Source: Octopus sinensis | Lineage: Eukaryota | Reading direction: 5' to 3' | Length of the DNA: 64,000 nucleotides | Assembly: GCF_006345805.1 (NCBI RefSeq) | Contig: NW_021833891.1 | Span: 5,678-69,677 of the forward strand | Shown here: in pieces, positions 48,632-62,575 of the stretch | Position numbering within the stretch: the stretch's first letter is position 1 | Layout: the number at the start of each line of letters is the position of its first letter | Notes under the pieces: generated by a model | Databases searched by the model: none | What the model saw: only the letters and a program-made list of their open reading frames with translations | Told to the model about the DNA's origin: nothing | Made by a program: the position numbers and the translations under genes

Positions 48632-49536
48632 TGTAAATGTACTAGCAGTGATATAACAGGTAATTGTTGAGATATTATAGTTAAATTATGGCAGCTATAC
48701 GATAGATATAAACCAGTTGGTAAATCTAAGTATCACTGCCATAACAGTGACAATAGTTAGAAGTTGCATTGCAGATCACATAGAGTAGAACAGGAGTACT
48801 TGGCTAAGCCTAGGTTCACTTTAAATACTGAGTGAATTCTGAAACAGCAATCATAACTGAAGTCAGTGAAAAACCAGAATACAGTGTTGAAATAACCAAA
48901 TAACTGAGGAGAAAGGTGAGGCCAGTAAAACATGACAAAGAAGTCTCTTATTGCTCAATCTGATACAAATCTTACATTATAAAAGAGAAGCTGGTCTCTG
49001 TCTGTCCATCACATCTGTGACAGATAAGGAAGAAGAGAAGGAATCAAAAGGGGAGATAACCCTTGTCACATTATAGATGTAGAAGGGGAGGGGAAAATAT
49101 AGTTGAGAGAGAAATATAGTGTGAGAAAGAAAGAGAGAGAGGGAGTGTGTGAAAGATAAACTGATAGGTAGTGTTGTCACCATAGCAACTAACAAGTTTT
49201 CAAAAACAGGAATTTTAAGTGCAAGTCTGTCATCACAATGCAACATATATTTAAAAAAAACTGCATTTATGAAGGAACGTGCATGATTAACAAATAATTT
49301 TACCAGTGGCATAGTGACAGGCAATGGCCAAGATGTATTTAAATCTCACTCAAATCAAGACACTCTGACTGGAATGGTCTTTGATAGCTGGGACTGTTAT
49401 AACAATAATTATAACAGTTAACAGCAACAGCAGTAATAGAACAGTTAACGGTTATAATATTTATTGTTAGAAATAGTTAACTCGTCTAACTATCAAAGTT
49501 AAACATTAACAGTTACAACTGATGTATACTCTAGAC

Positions 49537-49733
49537 CAGTGCTTTTCAACCTTTTTGCTGGAGCGGAACCCCAAGGAAACATTCCCCTAGCTCGAGGAAC
49601 CCCTGTGCAATAATTTGTCTTATGCACACATATCTGCACAGGAGAATTAAAAATTACAGCTGATTTTAGCAGTTTTGTAACTTCTTGCGGAACCCCTGGA
49701 CTGTACTGGCGGAACCCTGGTTGAAAACCACTG
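49537..49733. mobile_element. hAT-like MITE
   Basis: TIRs cagtgcttttcaacc / ggttgaaaaccactg; left flank ctctagac fits the NTCTAGAN target; the right TSD is not preserved. Confidence 0.65.
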
Positions 49734-49882
49734 TAGCTCTTACCATTTAATACTGAGTGAATATAAAACAGTTATAGCAGGGATATTGTGGTACAGTCAG
49801 TTGGTCTCACAATCAGTTATAGTAGTAATAGTAAGCAGTAGTGAAAATAGTTATAGCATAATAGTTGGACTGTTTGTTTGTG

Positions 49883-50520
49883 TGTGTGTGTAGGCTCAAA
49901 CATGGTTGTGTTGTCAAGAAGATCGCTGTGCAACCCTGTTTAGGGTTCAGTCCTACTGCACAGCACTTTGGGCGAGTGTTTTCTACTGTAGACCTGAGTG
50001 GAGGTGCGTGGCTTAGTGGTTAGGGTGTTGGACTCATGATTGTAAGATTGTGGTTTTGATCCCTGCGACGGATGATGTGTTGTGTCCTTGAGCAAAACAC
50101 TTCATTTCATGTTGTTCCAGTCCATAAATGAGTAATTCTGTGACAGACTGGAGTCCCAGCCAGGTGGGGGACATATATGCCATGGACACCAGGAAACCCT
50201 ATGAGTCCGCATGACTCAAGATGGTAGCTTTATCCACATTTACCTTACTATAAGTCCTGAACCAACCAAAGCCTTGTGAGTAGACTACAAGGTGTTGGTC
50301 AGTCTGGGGCTAAAGTAGAAGGCAGAAAATGTTTGAAAGCTTGTCATACATATAATGTGTGTGTGTCCTTGTCTGGCCAACTGCCTGATGACCAGTGTTG
50401 GTTTGTTTACATCTCCATAACTTAGTGGTTCAGCAAAAGAAACTGATAGCATAAGTACCAGATTTAAAAAGAAAAAGTCCTTGTGTTGATTCATTGGACT
50501 AAACTTTTCAAGGTGGTCTG
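49883..50520 (+). mobile_element. Old family A-related SINE interrupted by a family D SINE (about 50000-50245)
   Basis: Family A head at 49883-49995 and remainder at 50250-50520; the insert begins ggaggtgcgtggcttagtggttagg. Confidence 0.6.
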
Positions 50521-50521
50521 A

Positions 50522-50569
<48 letters not shown>

Positions 50570-50715
50570 AATGTAACACACGTGTGTATTCAAGGGAGAG
50601 TATATCAGCATCTGAAGCAACCTGTGAATATTTGAGACAGGTATCTGTATCAGTGTATATTACACAATGGATACATGTATGTGTGTATGTATATAATCAT
50701 ATACACATGTACACC

Positions 50716-50749
<34 letters not shown>

Positions 50750-51259
50750 TGTACACATTACTCCCATAGCCTACAATCCATTTAATATACTTCTATACAG
50801 TCTAAATTTATATTTTCAAGTAACAAATCATTAATAATATTAATACTTGTATATCAATAATTAGTTCTAAAATTACAGACGTTTATTGAATGGGCACAAG
50901 GCCAGCAATATAAGAGGAAGGCATGAGGTTAGTGAATAACAACATGCCCATACTTGAAAGGTACTTTAGTTTATTGACCTTTGAAAAGATGAAAAGTTAG
51001 GTTAACCTTAATGGAATTATTGTATGTGTATTTACTATAGGGAGTGCATTTGTTAACCATATTATTTTTTTGTGTCACTATTATTTCATGCTGAGCAGAG
51101 GAATCCCAGAAGATCGACAGTGAAGATCACCAAGAGACCTCAACAATTATGGAAAGTAGTGAGCTACTTTCACTTTCTCCGTGGATTTTCCATTTATGTT
51201 CATTTCTGTCATATTGATAAGAAAAAAATATAGTGTGATAGTGGGTGTATCGGTATTTT

Positions 51260-51500
51260 GTAAATACTTCATGGAGTGATGACCATACCCAGCATAGTTA
51301 CTGGGTACCCTTTGGCAAAGTATAGCATCCATTCAGCCACCCTGCCAGGGATATGACGAGTTCACGGGACTGCAGCATGATGGATTGTGAAGAGGTAGCA
51401 GAAGAGCTCAACTTATCGAATGGTGTTTCTTACATTGATGTCGAGCAGAGGAATCCCAGAAGATCGACAGTCAAGTTCACCAAGCTCTGTCAAGAGAGTA
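51260..51500 (+). mobile_element. Degenerate LINE (probably CR1-like) RT fragment, homologous to 18420-18620
   Basis: Aligns by eye to the - strand of 18420-18620 (gggactgcagcatg...tcttacattgatg...ggaa.cc.agaaga); translation DDHTQHS...EVAEELN...RNPRRSTVKFTK loosely fits the post-YADD region. Confidence 0.4.
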
Positions 51501-52184
51501 ATTGCAATGTATCCATAGGAGTGGTATCCAAGGTTGTGCAGTCAGCTAATAAAAGATTCACCATGACTCAAGCTCCCAAATCAAATTCATAATAATGGAA
51601 TCGGATGGCAACAGAGTCCTGAGAATCCACAAAAGCAGTGAAAAAAAGAATTGTGATGTAATAAACTATGTTTTAAAAAGGGAGGGAAAACAGTAAACTT
51701 TTATAACAAATTTAGAATTAATTTAACAACAGAACGACTGATTAGAAACATTTTTTGCATTGTCTTTATGGTTAGATTTTAAACTGAAGCAAGAAGCAAG
51801 ATATCTAAGAGAAATATTTTTCATAATTTATAATTTAATTTTGCAATTTTATCTGTTTGATTTATGTTGCAGATTTCTTGAGAAATGAACTAATTTCTGA
51901 ACTACCTGAATTTTAAACATATATATATATATAATTTACAAAATTTAGAAATTTCTATCAGTTTGTTTTGAGACACATAAATTATAATGGTTATTGACAA
52001 TTTTGTCCTTTTTTTCGGCATATTTGGCATTAGAATTTTTCTTTTGCCCTTATTTTGTAAATTATTTATAAATTTAACCTTTAAAGTTATTTTTTGATAT
52101 GCTGGCCATTGATAAAATTTTTTTCTCGAAAGAAAAAAAAAAAAAAATTTTATCCTACATTAGTTACATATATATATATTATAT

Positions 52185-52228
<44 letters not shown>

Positions 52229-52517
52229 TTCTTGGGGGAAAATGTTCTTTCTTAACTTGTTTTGTAATTATTAAGAAGTACACCTCAATGATTATGGAAT
52301 GTAGTGTGCTACTTTCACTTTGTCCATGGATTTTCCATTTATGTTCATTTCTGCCAAATTGATAAGAAAAAAAAAAATATATATATTGCATTGTCTAAAT
52401 ATTTTATAGATTTGCTATTTCATGACAGAAATCCAGGACAAATACTGCAAAGCATTTTAACTAGTTCTGTCAATCTACCAACCAATTATAATAATAAATA
52501 TTGACATTAATAGACAC

Positions 52518-52730
52518 AGGCATGGCTGTGTAGTTAAGAAGATTGTTTCCTAATCATGTGACCTTGGGTTCAGTCCCATCGTGTGACACCTTGAGTAAGT
52601 GTCTGCTATATTTCTGGTCTGACACAAAACCTTGTGAGTAGATTTGCTAGATGGAAACTGAAATAAGCCTGTCATGGTCCGACCCATGCTAGCATGGAAA
52701 GCAGACGCTAAACGATGATGATGATGATGT
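52518..52730 (+). mobile_element. Diverged family A-related SINE 5' part
   Basis: caggcatggctgtgtagttaagaag...gggttcagtccc...aaccttgtgagtagatttgctagatggaaactga. Confidence 0.65.
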
Positions 52731-52762
52731 GTGTGTATGTGTGTATGTGGATCCTTGTTTAA

Positions 52763-52981
52763 CCCTTTAGCATTTAAACCGGCCATATCCGGCCCAAATA
52801 TGCTTCCTGTTTTATGTTCTAACCATCCAGATCAAGCCTATCATACCTACCCTTCAATGCCATAATAAAATATACAGTCACATCATCAAAATTTCAAGGC
52901 TGCAAAACAGTGCAGGATTAATTAAAAACAGTTTGAATCGAAAAGTGTTACTTTTGACAGAATACTCTGAATGCTAAAGGG
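52763..52981. mobile_element. piggyBac-type MITE, same family (TTAA TSD)
   Basis: ttaa|ccctttagcatt...aatgctaaaggg|ttaa. Confidence 0.8.
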
Positions 52982-53684
52982 TTAAGTATCGTGATGTTTG
53001 TAAATGAGCATCACTGTCATATAAGTGGGGTTGTTCATTTCCAGTTTTCTGTGAAAAACATGTCTAGCCATGGGAAAACATTACCTTATTTGGAAACAGG
53101 TGAGGGCTGGTGACAGGAAGGGCATCTGGACATACAAAAATCTGCCTCAACAGATTCTCTCTGATCCATGCAAGCAAGGAAATGTGATGATGAATGACTG
53201 ATGGAGGAGAGGCAGGTTTGTTACACATTCCTACCAACAACAACAACAACAACAGCACCAATCCTGCTCCAAGATTTCCCCTTCTGCTACAATTGAGGAT
53301 CTGATAGGGGTTTCGAAAAAATAAACAGTAGAGAGATAGATGTTCTTGTCTGTGTTTTTTTTCTTCTTTCTTCGTTTTTTTCAAACTCTCAAATATCAGA
53401 ATAAAGGAATAAAAATACTGACAGACATCAGGTATCAGCCGTCTCCGTCAGACACCAGAAAGCTCGGAAAGAATGTATAAACAAACAGAGAAATATTACA
53501 AAAAGATACAAGGATGGAAAATGAAGAAAATAAAAACTGAAAAAAAAAAAGAAAAAGAAAAACCAAAAAAAAAACAACAAATAATAAAAAAAAAAGAGAG
53601 AGTAAGTGAAGCTTTCAAACAGAAAGCAGTAAGGAGAAATGTTTTGAAAAAGTACCTTTTATTTACAGAAATATACAAATATAT

Positions 53685-53782
53685 TCACGATATCAAGATT
53701 GTTGCTGTGACCCTGTCAAGGGGGACAAACTGTCTTCCGTCTCCTTTAAAGGAGTTGCGGGGGAGACATTTACACAAACCAA
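53685..53782 (-). CDS. Candidate terminal coding exon of the minus-strand gene
   Basis: Strong acceptor ttttactcctcctcctccttctgttcag. Phase 1 gives (V)GLCKCLPRNSFKGDGRQFVPLDRVTATILIS*; phase 0 gives LVCVNVSPATPLKETEDSLSPLTGSQQQS*. Followed on the - strand by U-rich UTR-like sequence with AATAAA. Confidence 0.4.
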
Positions 53783-54175
53783 CTGAACAGAAGGAGGAGG
53801 AGGAGTAAAATAAAGTTGTAACGCAAATCAAACTTAAACCCTGAAAGACAAAAATGAAGTTTATTATATGTTTTTTTGTGTGTGTGTTTGTGTATATTTT
53901 TTTGTGTGTGCGTGTGGTGGTGTCCATGCTGTGTAAATGTATGCGAGAGGTGTTCATGAACGTCCATGTGCATGTGTGTGTGTGTGTGTGTGCATGTGTG
54001 TGTGTTACACGTGTTTAGTTTGGTTGGTTCATTTGTTTAGTTATTTGACATGATTATAACCGATGCCACAGAAGTGCAGAGCACAAATGTTGCAGTGAAG
54101 TGCATTAATGGTGCCTGTACATAACATGCACAACTACACTTGCTCAATGTCTTATGTATGTATACATACACAACG

Positions 54176-54220
<45 letters not shown>

Positions 54221-54271
54221 GTATATATATATATGTGTGTATATATATATGTGTGTATATATGTATATATG

Positions 54272-54344
<73 letters not shown>

Positions 54345-54453
54345 GAAGCATGTAGCTTCAACCGTGTTTTTCTGACGTGAATTTGCTACCGGGTACCGGT
54401 TAACCGAATTATCCATACTAGGATAATTCATTCAACTACTTAAATATATATAA

Positions 54454-54486
<33 letters not shown>

Positions 54487-56893
54487 GTGTGTGTGTGGTG
54501 TGTGCTATGGCTACCACTCCAGAACCGTCTTCTCAATCACATAAACAAGAGACCGAAAGCTATTGACCTGGGCTATATATTTATATATATATGTGTATGT
54601 AAACTTGAATCAAATACACTTCTGAATTTCCATGCATGTATCACGGTAACTGAGGGAAATGTTGAAAGCAGGCATACCTCCCTCATGTCCAGAAACTTTT
54701 TGATTCTGAAAACATAACAGGAACTGTTCTGATATCAGCAGACCCTTATTTTCTGGTCAGACATGGAACAAAGTGACTTGATTCAAGAAGTTTTGCAGTG
54801 GCACGCAAATGGTTCAATGACTATTTTTTTTTAAGAGAATGTAGGTAATTATTAGGTTACTAGAGAAGTTTCGTTTCACATTTGTTTTGAACCATCATCT
54901 GTAAGGGGGGGGAGAGCATGGAGAGCTTCTTACTCTATCTTGGACCAATGAAAGGCAAGCTTCTTTTACAAAGGGTAGCGAGAGTACCAATAGAGATTAA
55001 TGGTCAACAATCCAGCCGACTGGCATGGTGGTATGCAACCAAATTTTGGAATGATTACGATGAGATAACACAAATATTGCTATTGAGGAAATAGGTATTG
55101 ACTTCCACAAGAAGGAAGATTCTTCAGTTTTAACTATAATAGAAATATTAAAACTAAGGGTTGGGGTTTATAATCTGCTCACAGAACATTGCAGGTCACT
55201 CATGGTGAAGAATTTCTTAATTTAGGTCTCTTTTAAATTGAGATTTGTCAATTAATTATGAAATTCATTTTGACTAGGAACTTGTAGTTCCTGGTCAAGA
55301 AACACTTCAAGTTTTACCTGACAGCTTATTCAACCAGTCGAACAAAACTTAAAGTCCCAGCTAAAATAAATTTTATAATTAAATTTAATTACTTTCAGTT
55401 TTTAGTCACCCATTGGTAAATGTTCTGTTGTTTTTCTTAAACTTGCTTTAAAATAATATCCTTAAAGTAAGATATACAGATTAAAAATTTCAAAGAGCAA
55501 TAGATAGGGGCTGTGGGAGAGGTCACCAAAAGTAGAGATGCTTTGACTAGAAACTATGTTTTCAATATCTCCATTCAGCCAGGTCACCGTTGCAAGAAAA
55601 ACCACCAGCAAATTGGTAAAATGCAACACATCAAAAGAGGTAGAGGATGGTCTTTAGGCAGCACTATCTGCAGCACCAGGCTTGGCTGATCACTGCACAC
55701 AAACTGCATCAGCCCTATATCTAAGTTATTCTACAATCAGCAGAGGGATTAGCAAGCAGTAGAGGTGAAAGACTTTGTGAAGGAGGATAGCAATCAATAG
55801 TCTCAAATGGAAAACCACTACATCAAGATGCGGTGTGTATATTGGCTGAATTACAAACCTTTATTGAAGCAAATTAGTTAGAAAGTCATTATAAATATAT
55901 ATATAGACAGATACTCCTTGGGATATCCTTGTGGTTTAGAGAGTCACTTCACAGCCACATGGCACTGGGTTTTATCTCTTTAATGGTAGTCTCAAATTGC
56001 TTTTTGGGTGGAACTTAGTAGACGGAAACTGTGCAGAAGCCTGTTGTGTATGTGTGTTTGTTTTCATGTATACCAGTGTAAAACTGTGCATCGAGTTGCA
56101 TCCCTTTATATTAAAAGGTAACTTAGCCATTTGATAAATAGAGATCGATAAAATAAGTATCAGGCTGATAATAATAAGTGCTGAGGTTGATAAGATCAAC
56201 TAAAAGCCCAGCATGGCCGCAGTCGAATGGCTGTAGCCTGTAAAAGAGCACACACACACATACACACACAAACACACACACACACATAATCGTGTGTATA
56301 GAAGAACAAATATACATATATGTTATGCATATGTACATAAGTGTGTGTGAGTGTATGTGCATATGTGTGTGTGCACATGTGTATGCGTGAGTGTGTGTAT
56401 ATGTTTTTTTTTATATATATATATCAATATGTAGTATATAGTGTAACTCATACTGGGATAAGAGAAAAAAAAAACAATATACAAAACAAAAAAAGGATCA
56501 TCATAATAAAAAAATAATAGTAATAAAAGAGAAAAAAAATGAACAGTGCTGATTAAAATGGTAAAGACTAATAGCAGACTGGAATCTAAATAATAATAAT
56601 AATAATAATAATAATAAACAAGATACAGTGTAAGGTGGGGAAAGGGTGCAATAGATAAATAGGAATAAAGAATAAAGACAAAAACAAAATGTATAGATAG
56701 GTTCAAATAATTAAATTGAAAAAAAAAAAAAATTTTTCTTCTTAAAGAATATTTGAAATTTTAGTATTTTCCTCTTTTTTTTAAAAAAAAAAATTTTCTT
56801 TTCTCAACCACTGAATATCAGGCAAATATTCTATCATCATCGTCATCATCATCATCGATGACAATACACACGTACACACAAGTCCTTGTCCAC

Positions 56894-57010
56894 CTGGTAT
56901 GTCTAGTGGTGGTGAAGATATTTTGAAGTGAGCAGTGTTGTATTGAGTCCCACTTGTACCCTCGGGACCAACCAAAGGAGGTTCTCCTCTGGGGGTCAAG
57001 ATCCGAATGG
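56894..57010 (-). CDS. Candidate symmetric (phase 1-1) exon of the minus-strand gene
   Basis: Acceptor ctgctgttcttccttag; 117 nt encoding IRILTPRGEPPLVGPEGTSGTQYNTAHFKISSPPLDIP; donor gtggac is weak. Phase-compatible with the 61.5 kb and 53.7 kb exons. Confidence 0.45.
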
Positions 57011-58571
57011 CTAAGGAAGAACAGCAGCCAAATCAGCCTCACATTGTATACACCCTTACTGTTTTAAAACAAACGTAAAAATGTTTTAAAAAATAATAAT
57101 AATAATAAAAAGAAATAAGGATGATGTATTTGATATTATTGTATTGGAATCAACTAAAAATAAAAGCAAAACAGACCAGACCAGATGGATGGCCATGGGT
57201 GGAAGAAGAAACATTTTTTATCATAAGTCTGCTTATTCAGGGTTGATCAACAACACACACATACATGTGTGTGTGTGACTCTTCACTATCATCAAGAAAA
57301 GGAGAGAGGGAAAATGAGTTTCAATTCCAGCAAAAAGAAAATTACCAAAACCAAAAGTGAAAAAAAAAAAAACAAACAAACAATTCTCATTTTGAAGAGA
57401 AACAAAGATTAAAAACAGACAGAAAACAAAGAAAATACAAAATAAAAAATATTAAAAAAAACAAAAAAAAAACAACCAGATCCAGATATGAAATAAATTA
57501 ATGATTCTGTTGACTTTTTTTTTTTTACACACATGGATGTTATGAGTTTTGTTTCTTTTTTTAATTACAATATAATAATTAATTAGTTTGGCGTTCATTA
57601 TACAATTTTGAAATATCTTTTTTTTTCTTTTCAGTACATGTGTTTTTTTTCTTTCTTTCTTTCTCCCCACCCAAGTTTTTTTTTTTTTTACAACTTTTCT
57701 TTGTAATCCCACTCCATTCATCACCCTTGTTACAAATAAAAACTAATCATTATTATTATTATTATAAGTATTTAAAAAAAAAAGAAAGAAAACAGAAAAA
57801 GAAGAAATATAACATTTAAAAAAAAAACAAAAAAAAAAGAAGTAAAAATACAAAGAAATTTTTTTTCCCTTAATTTCCAGCCATGAAAATGGTTTATTTT
57901 GCTGTAATATTTTGTTATATTTTGACTAGGCACATGACCACATGAAAGTGGTGGCGGCGGTGGCAGCAGCGGCAGTGGAGGTGATGGGGGTATGTGGAAG
58001 GGGGTGGGTAGGATGGGGGTATAATTGATTGATTGATTGATCTGATTTGATTAGATAAGATTTGGTTTTTTTGAGTTGATGAGCCCAGATTACTGAGATA
58101 TTACTGGTATCAGAAAGCTTATTTTCTTTTCATTCCTCGTTTCATTCATACATGTACGCACGCATGCAACAGTTTCTCACACCCAAAACCCAAACAAAAG
58201 CTAAAAAATATTTCAAAAAATTTTTTTTCAAAAAGATTAAAAAAAAAAAAGAAAAGAAGATAATAAAATTGATCTGCACAAGATCAATAACACCAAATAC
58301 AATAAAACAGCAAATAGCAAAGCTAAAATACTAATCAGATATTATGATAATATAATTATTTTTTTTCAAACAATTTGTATGAAGATAGAAATTCTCTTTC
58401 GCAAGGAAAGGTAAGTTAACAACTTTGACCCCACAACTTGTTCTAGAAAGGTATTTTATTGATACCAAAAAAAGATTAAAAGTGAAGCTGAACATGACAG
58501 GATTTGAACTCAGAACTCTAAGAAATATAACTAAATATTACAAAGGCTCTAACAATTCTGCCAATCCACTG

Positions 58572-58612
<41 letters not shown>

Positions 58613-59250
58613 AACAACAACAAACTTATGGTTCTGCAAGAATTCTAAGGTTTTTGAAATTTATGGTAACTTGTCACCAAACCTCAAAATAAAATAATTG
58701 CTAATTAAATTCCTAAATATGAGAATAATAGGTGAATAATGAAGAAATAGCTGTATCAATATCACTCCCACATTGAAGCTTCAAGAAATATTATAGAGAA
58801 ATGTTGATGTGTGTTTTGTGTGTTTGGGGGGATAAAACAGAAACAAAAAAAAAGAAAAAGACAAAGGCAAAACTTGCTAATTAACAGGGAATTTTAAGGA
58901 GCGAAAGACACATTTATGTGTGACTAGGAATGATTAAGAAAAGTGTGTATGTATGTATGTGTGTGTATACATATATAACCAAAGGTTTGATTGTATTGAA
59001 CTTAAGTGTGGCACAACAACATCCTGAGAGGATGAAAGGCAACATTGACCTCAACAGGAATTGAACTGAAGAGGCATAAAAGACTACAAAAGCAGCATTT
59101 ATGTCCTCCCATTCCACTCCTTTGTGATGCTAATTATAACAATCTATTGGCCTTATAAATTTGGGTAATGAAAGACAAGTGGAGAAGATATGAGGAGAGA
59201 CTGAATCTTTTTTTTAATATATAGTTTCTTTTCTGGCCAGAGGAACTCAC

Positions 59251-59305
59251 AGGTAATGTGTATTTACTAAGTCTAGTTGAAAGAACCTCACCAGAAATGA
59301 TGAAA
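59251..59305 (-). CDS. Candidate 55-nt (frame-shifting) exon of the minus-strand gene
   Basis: Acceptor attctctttctctgccag and donor gtgagt are both near consensus; two of three frames are open. Confidence 0.25.
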
Positions 59306-61460
59306 CTGGCAGAGAAAGAGAATACTATTTGAAAGGTATGAAAACTTACACTCATTTTACTAATTGATGCCAAATTTTTCTGTTGGTCTTTGTTATGAGT
59401 ATTCAGTTCTTCAACTAACTGAATTCCTAGTCATGAAATTAACAAGCAAGTGGTTGAATATTCCACAGTCATATGTATCCTTACAATAATGTTTAGGGGT
59501 TGTATAGGTGTGATGAAGCTATGTGATGAAGCTGGACCAAATTACATGTATAATTCAGAAAGAGAGAGAGAGAGAGAGAAAAGGATGAAAGTTGACTACA
59601 GTGAATCTAAAAACTCTGTCAATTTATTGCCTTAATAATTGAAACAGTTTCTTGGAGAAGACTTGTGAATGGGCTGCAATTAATTTTGGAAAATAATCAA
59701 GAATATGGAAGGATTGAGTGAAATATTATTGGTTTGTAACTGACCTGAGATTTAGAACATATGAGACAAATACACACATGCATAAAATACATGTACACCG
59801 GAGTAAACACATAAATGTGAAACAAGGTGGAAAAAAGAGTACTCAAATACCAGTGGTAGAGTAATATGCTTTAAATAAAATACATGTACATATATATATA
59901 TATACATGTCATATTATAATACTAAACAGATTTTCTTACATAAAAATGATACAATGGGAAAATGATTTACAACTTGAGAAGCTTCATCTTGTAATTAAAC
60001 AGAATTAATAATAATTTAATCAAATACAAACTGACTGGGAATATAAATACTAATTTAAAAAACAGACATTATCATTATTATTATTATTATCTATAATTCT
60101 ACATTCATTTTGAATGTATATCTTAACACATCATCATCATTGGTATTAAGGCAGTGAACTGGCAGAATGGTTACTATGGTTGATAAAATGCTTAGCGGCA
60201 TGACTTCTGATTCAATATGTTCTGAGTACAAATTATGCTGAGCCTGAGTTTCCCCTCTCACACTTTCAGGGTCAATAAAATAAATGCCATATGAGCACAA
60301 GGGTTGATATAATTAACTTTCCCTTTCCTGCCCCCATCAACAAAGTGGAAAATAACGTTTGTCTTGTGCCAAAGCTAGAAGGAATCATCATCATCATCAT
60401 CATCATGATTATTGTAACTCTACATCACTGTGCCTCAAGCACTCTGTTTCTGTAACAAAGATATATCAAGAGACATACACAAATGGAGAAATATCAGTGT
60501 GTGTGTGTGTGTGTGTGTTATAACTTGATATTGCCCAGAAGGATCATATGTAGCAGGGGAAACTAAGTAGTAATGGAGAGAGAGAGGTTCACTGAATGAC
60601 TCCAAATAAATGCCAACTCTACAAAATTGTATTGAGTACTACTCCTTTGTTTACAACTATATGTATGTATGTGTATGCATACAACACCTACACACACATA
60701 TATATATTTTTATATATATATATAATATATATATAGATATATATATATATATTATATATATAACTCTTTGTATGGAAACCAAGAGTGCTTATAAGAAATT
60801 TCTGAGAATTTGAGGGATTCTTCATTACATCGTGATTCATTGATTTATAACCCAAAATAAAACTGCAAATGTAAGAGTGAAGCAGCTTAATTTGTCAGTC
60901 AGACTGGTGGTAGTGATTACATACACACACACACACACACACACACATATCATCGTTTATCATCACACACACACACACACATTATATATATATATATATA
61001 TATATATTTATTAGAGAGAGAGTTGTGGTATTAAGCGGATGTTATCTGAGGGTGGAAAAGAAACGCTTCAAAATACAGAAAAAAAAAAAATGGACATTAA
61101 CCTTTCCCCGACCCCCGCACCACCACATAGAAGAGACTGCAACAAAAGTGGAATTACAATGGTAGAGGATAGCTAGCAAGATAGGGATGAAAACAAGGAT
61201 GATGATGATGGTGATGTAATGGTTGTCTTACCACTCTTATTTAGCAAACAATAGGAAAACAGGAAAAGTTGCCTGTAAATAATTCCAACCATTTCTGGCA
61301 TTAAAAAGGCTTTTATTTATTTATTTTGTTTGTATTGTTTTGTCGGTTAGCTGCCGTCAGAATAAAGTAGTATGCATACACACACACACACACACACACA
61401 CATACATACATACATACACACATGCAGATACACGCACAAACACATTGATGTGGCATTTAC

Positions 61461-61609
61461 ATGGGGTATCAATGCTGGCTGTTTGGGGATATGTTTCAGG
61501 CGGGGAGGGAAACAGCACGTTGGCACAAAGAAGTTCATCAAAGTCAATTTCTGGAGACGGACGACCCAAACTCCAAGGAGAAAACACCATTTGGTCCAAG
61601 TAAGAGCAA
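61461..61609 (-). CDS. Candidate exon of an unidentified minus-strand gene (Ser/Pro-rich)
   Basis: Strong acceptor (ttttttccatcttcttcttctccag), donor gtaaat, open frame CSYLDQMVFSPWSLGRPSPEIDFDELLCANVLFPSPPETYPQTASIDTP, GC-richer than flanks. No family recognised. Confidence 0.45.
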
Positions 61610-61947
61610 CTGGAGAAGAAGAAGATGGAAAAAAGGGGAAGCCAAGTTCTTTGAACGGTAAACACTGTGGGTGTTTGACAAGACAATCATCATCAGAGAA
61701 AGGGGGTAGTGAGTTGGTGGGTGGGTGGGGGGGATGAGACAGTGATATGTTAACAATAATAAGAAGAAGCGGAAGAAAAAGCAGGAGTCTGAAGAGATAG
61801 TGCAAGGTGGTCTGAAAAGGTAAAATGACTATGGAACAAATTTTGGTTGAGATCAAAAGATAAGGGGAAGGTGAGGAAGTTAATAATCAAAGCCAGGGGT
61901 CATATAGCGATTGATTACATATACACACACACAAATATACACATACA

Positions 61948-61996
<49 letters not shown>

Positions 61997-62015
61997 ATAT
62001 ATATATATGTATATA

Positions 62016-62074
<59 letters not shown>

Positions 62075-62089
62075 GTATATATATGTGTA

Positions 62090-62120
<31 letters not shown>

Positions 62121-62258
62121 ATATATATGTATATATATATATATGTATATATGTCTATATATGTATATATATATATATATGTATAAGATATATATATATA
62201 TGTATATATATATATGTAATATATATATATGTATATATATAGTATCTATATATATATA

Positions 62259-62575
62259 TATAATGGCTCATTGGGTTAGAGCATTTGGTTGTGAGCATGA
62301 TTCCGGGACCGGACTATGTGTTGTGTTCTTGAGCAACACCCTTTATTTCATGTTGCTCCAGTTCACTCAGCTGCAGAAATGAGTCGCAATGTGCCAAGCT
62401 GTATTGGCCGTTGCCGTTCCCTTGGATAACATTGGTGGTGTGGAGGGGGGAGACTGGTATGCATGGGTGACGGCTGGTCTTCCATAAAACGACCTTGCCT
62501 AGACCTATGCCTTGGAGGGGAACTTACTAGGTGCAATCTCATGGTCATTTGTGACCAAAGGGTTCTTTACCGTTC
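62259..62575 (+). mobile_element. tRNA-derived SINE family D; another copy at 25989-26283 (-)
   Basis: tggctcattgggttagagc...tgtgttgtgttcttgagcaacacc...gttgctccagttcactcagctg; the central block resembles the conserved domains of deep-branching SINE superfamilies (superfamily not assigned). Confidence 0.75.

Noticed and set aside
51353-51592. ORF with EEVAEELNLSNG as a mariner helix-turn-helix
   Set aside because: No other mariner motifs or TIRs; homology to 18420-18620 and a looser fit to a CR1-like RT region are more consistent.
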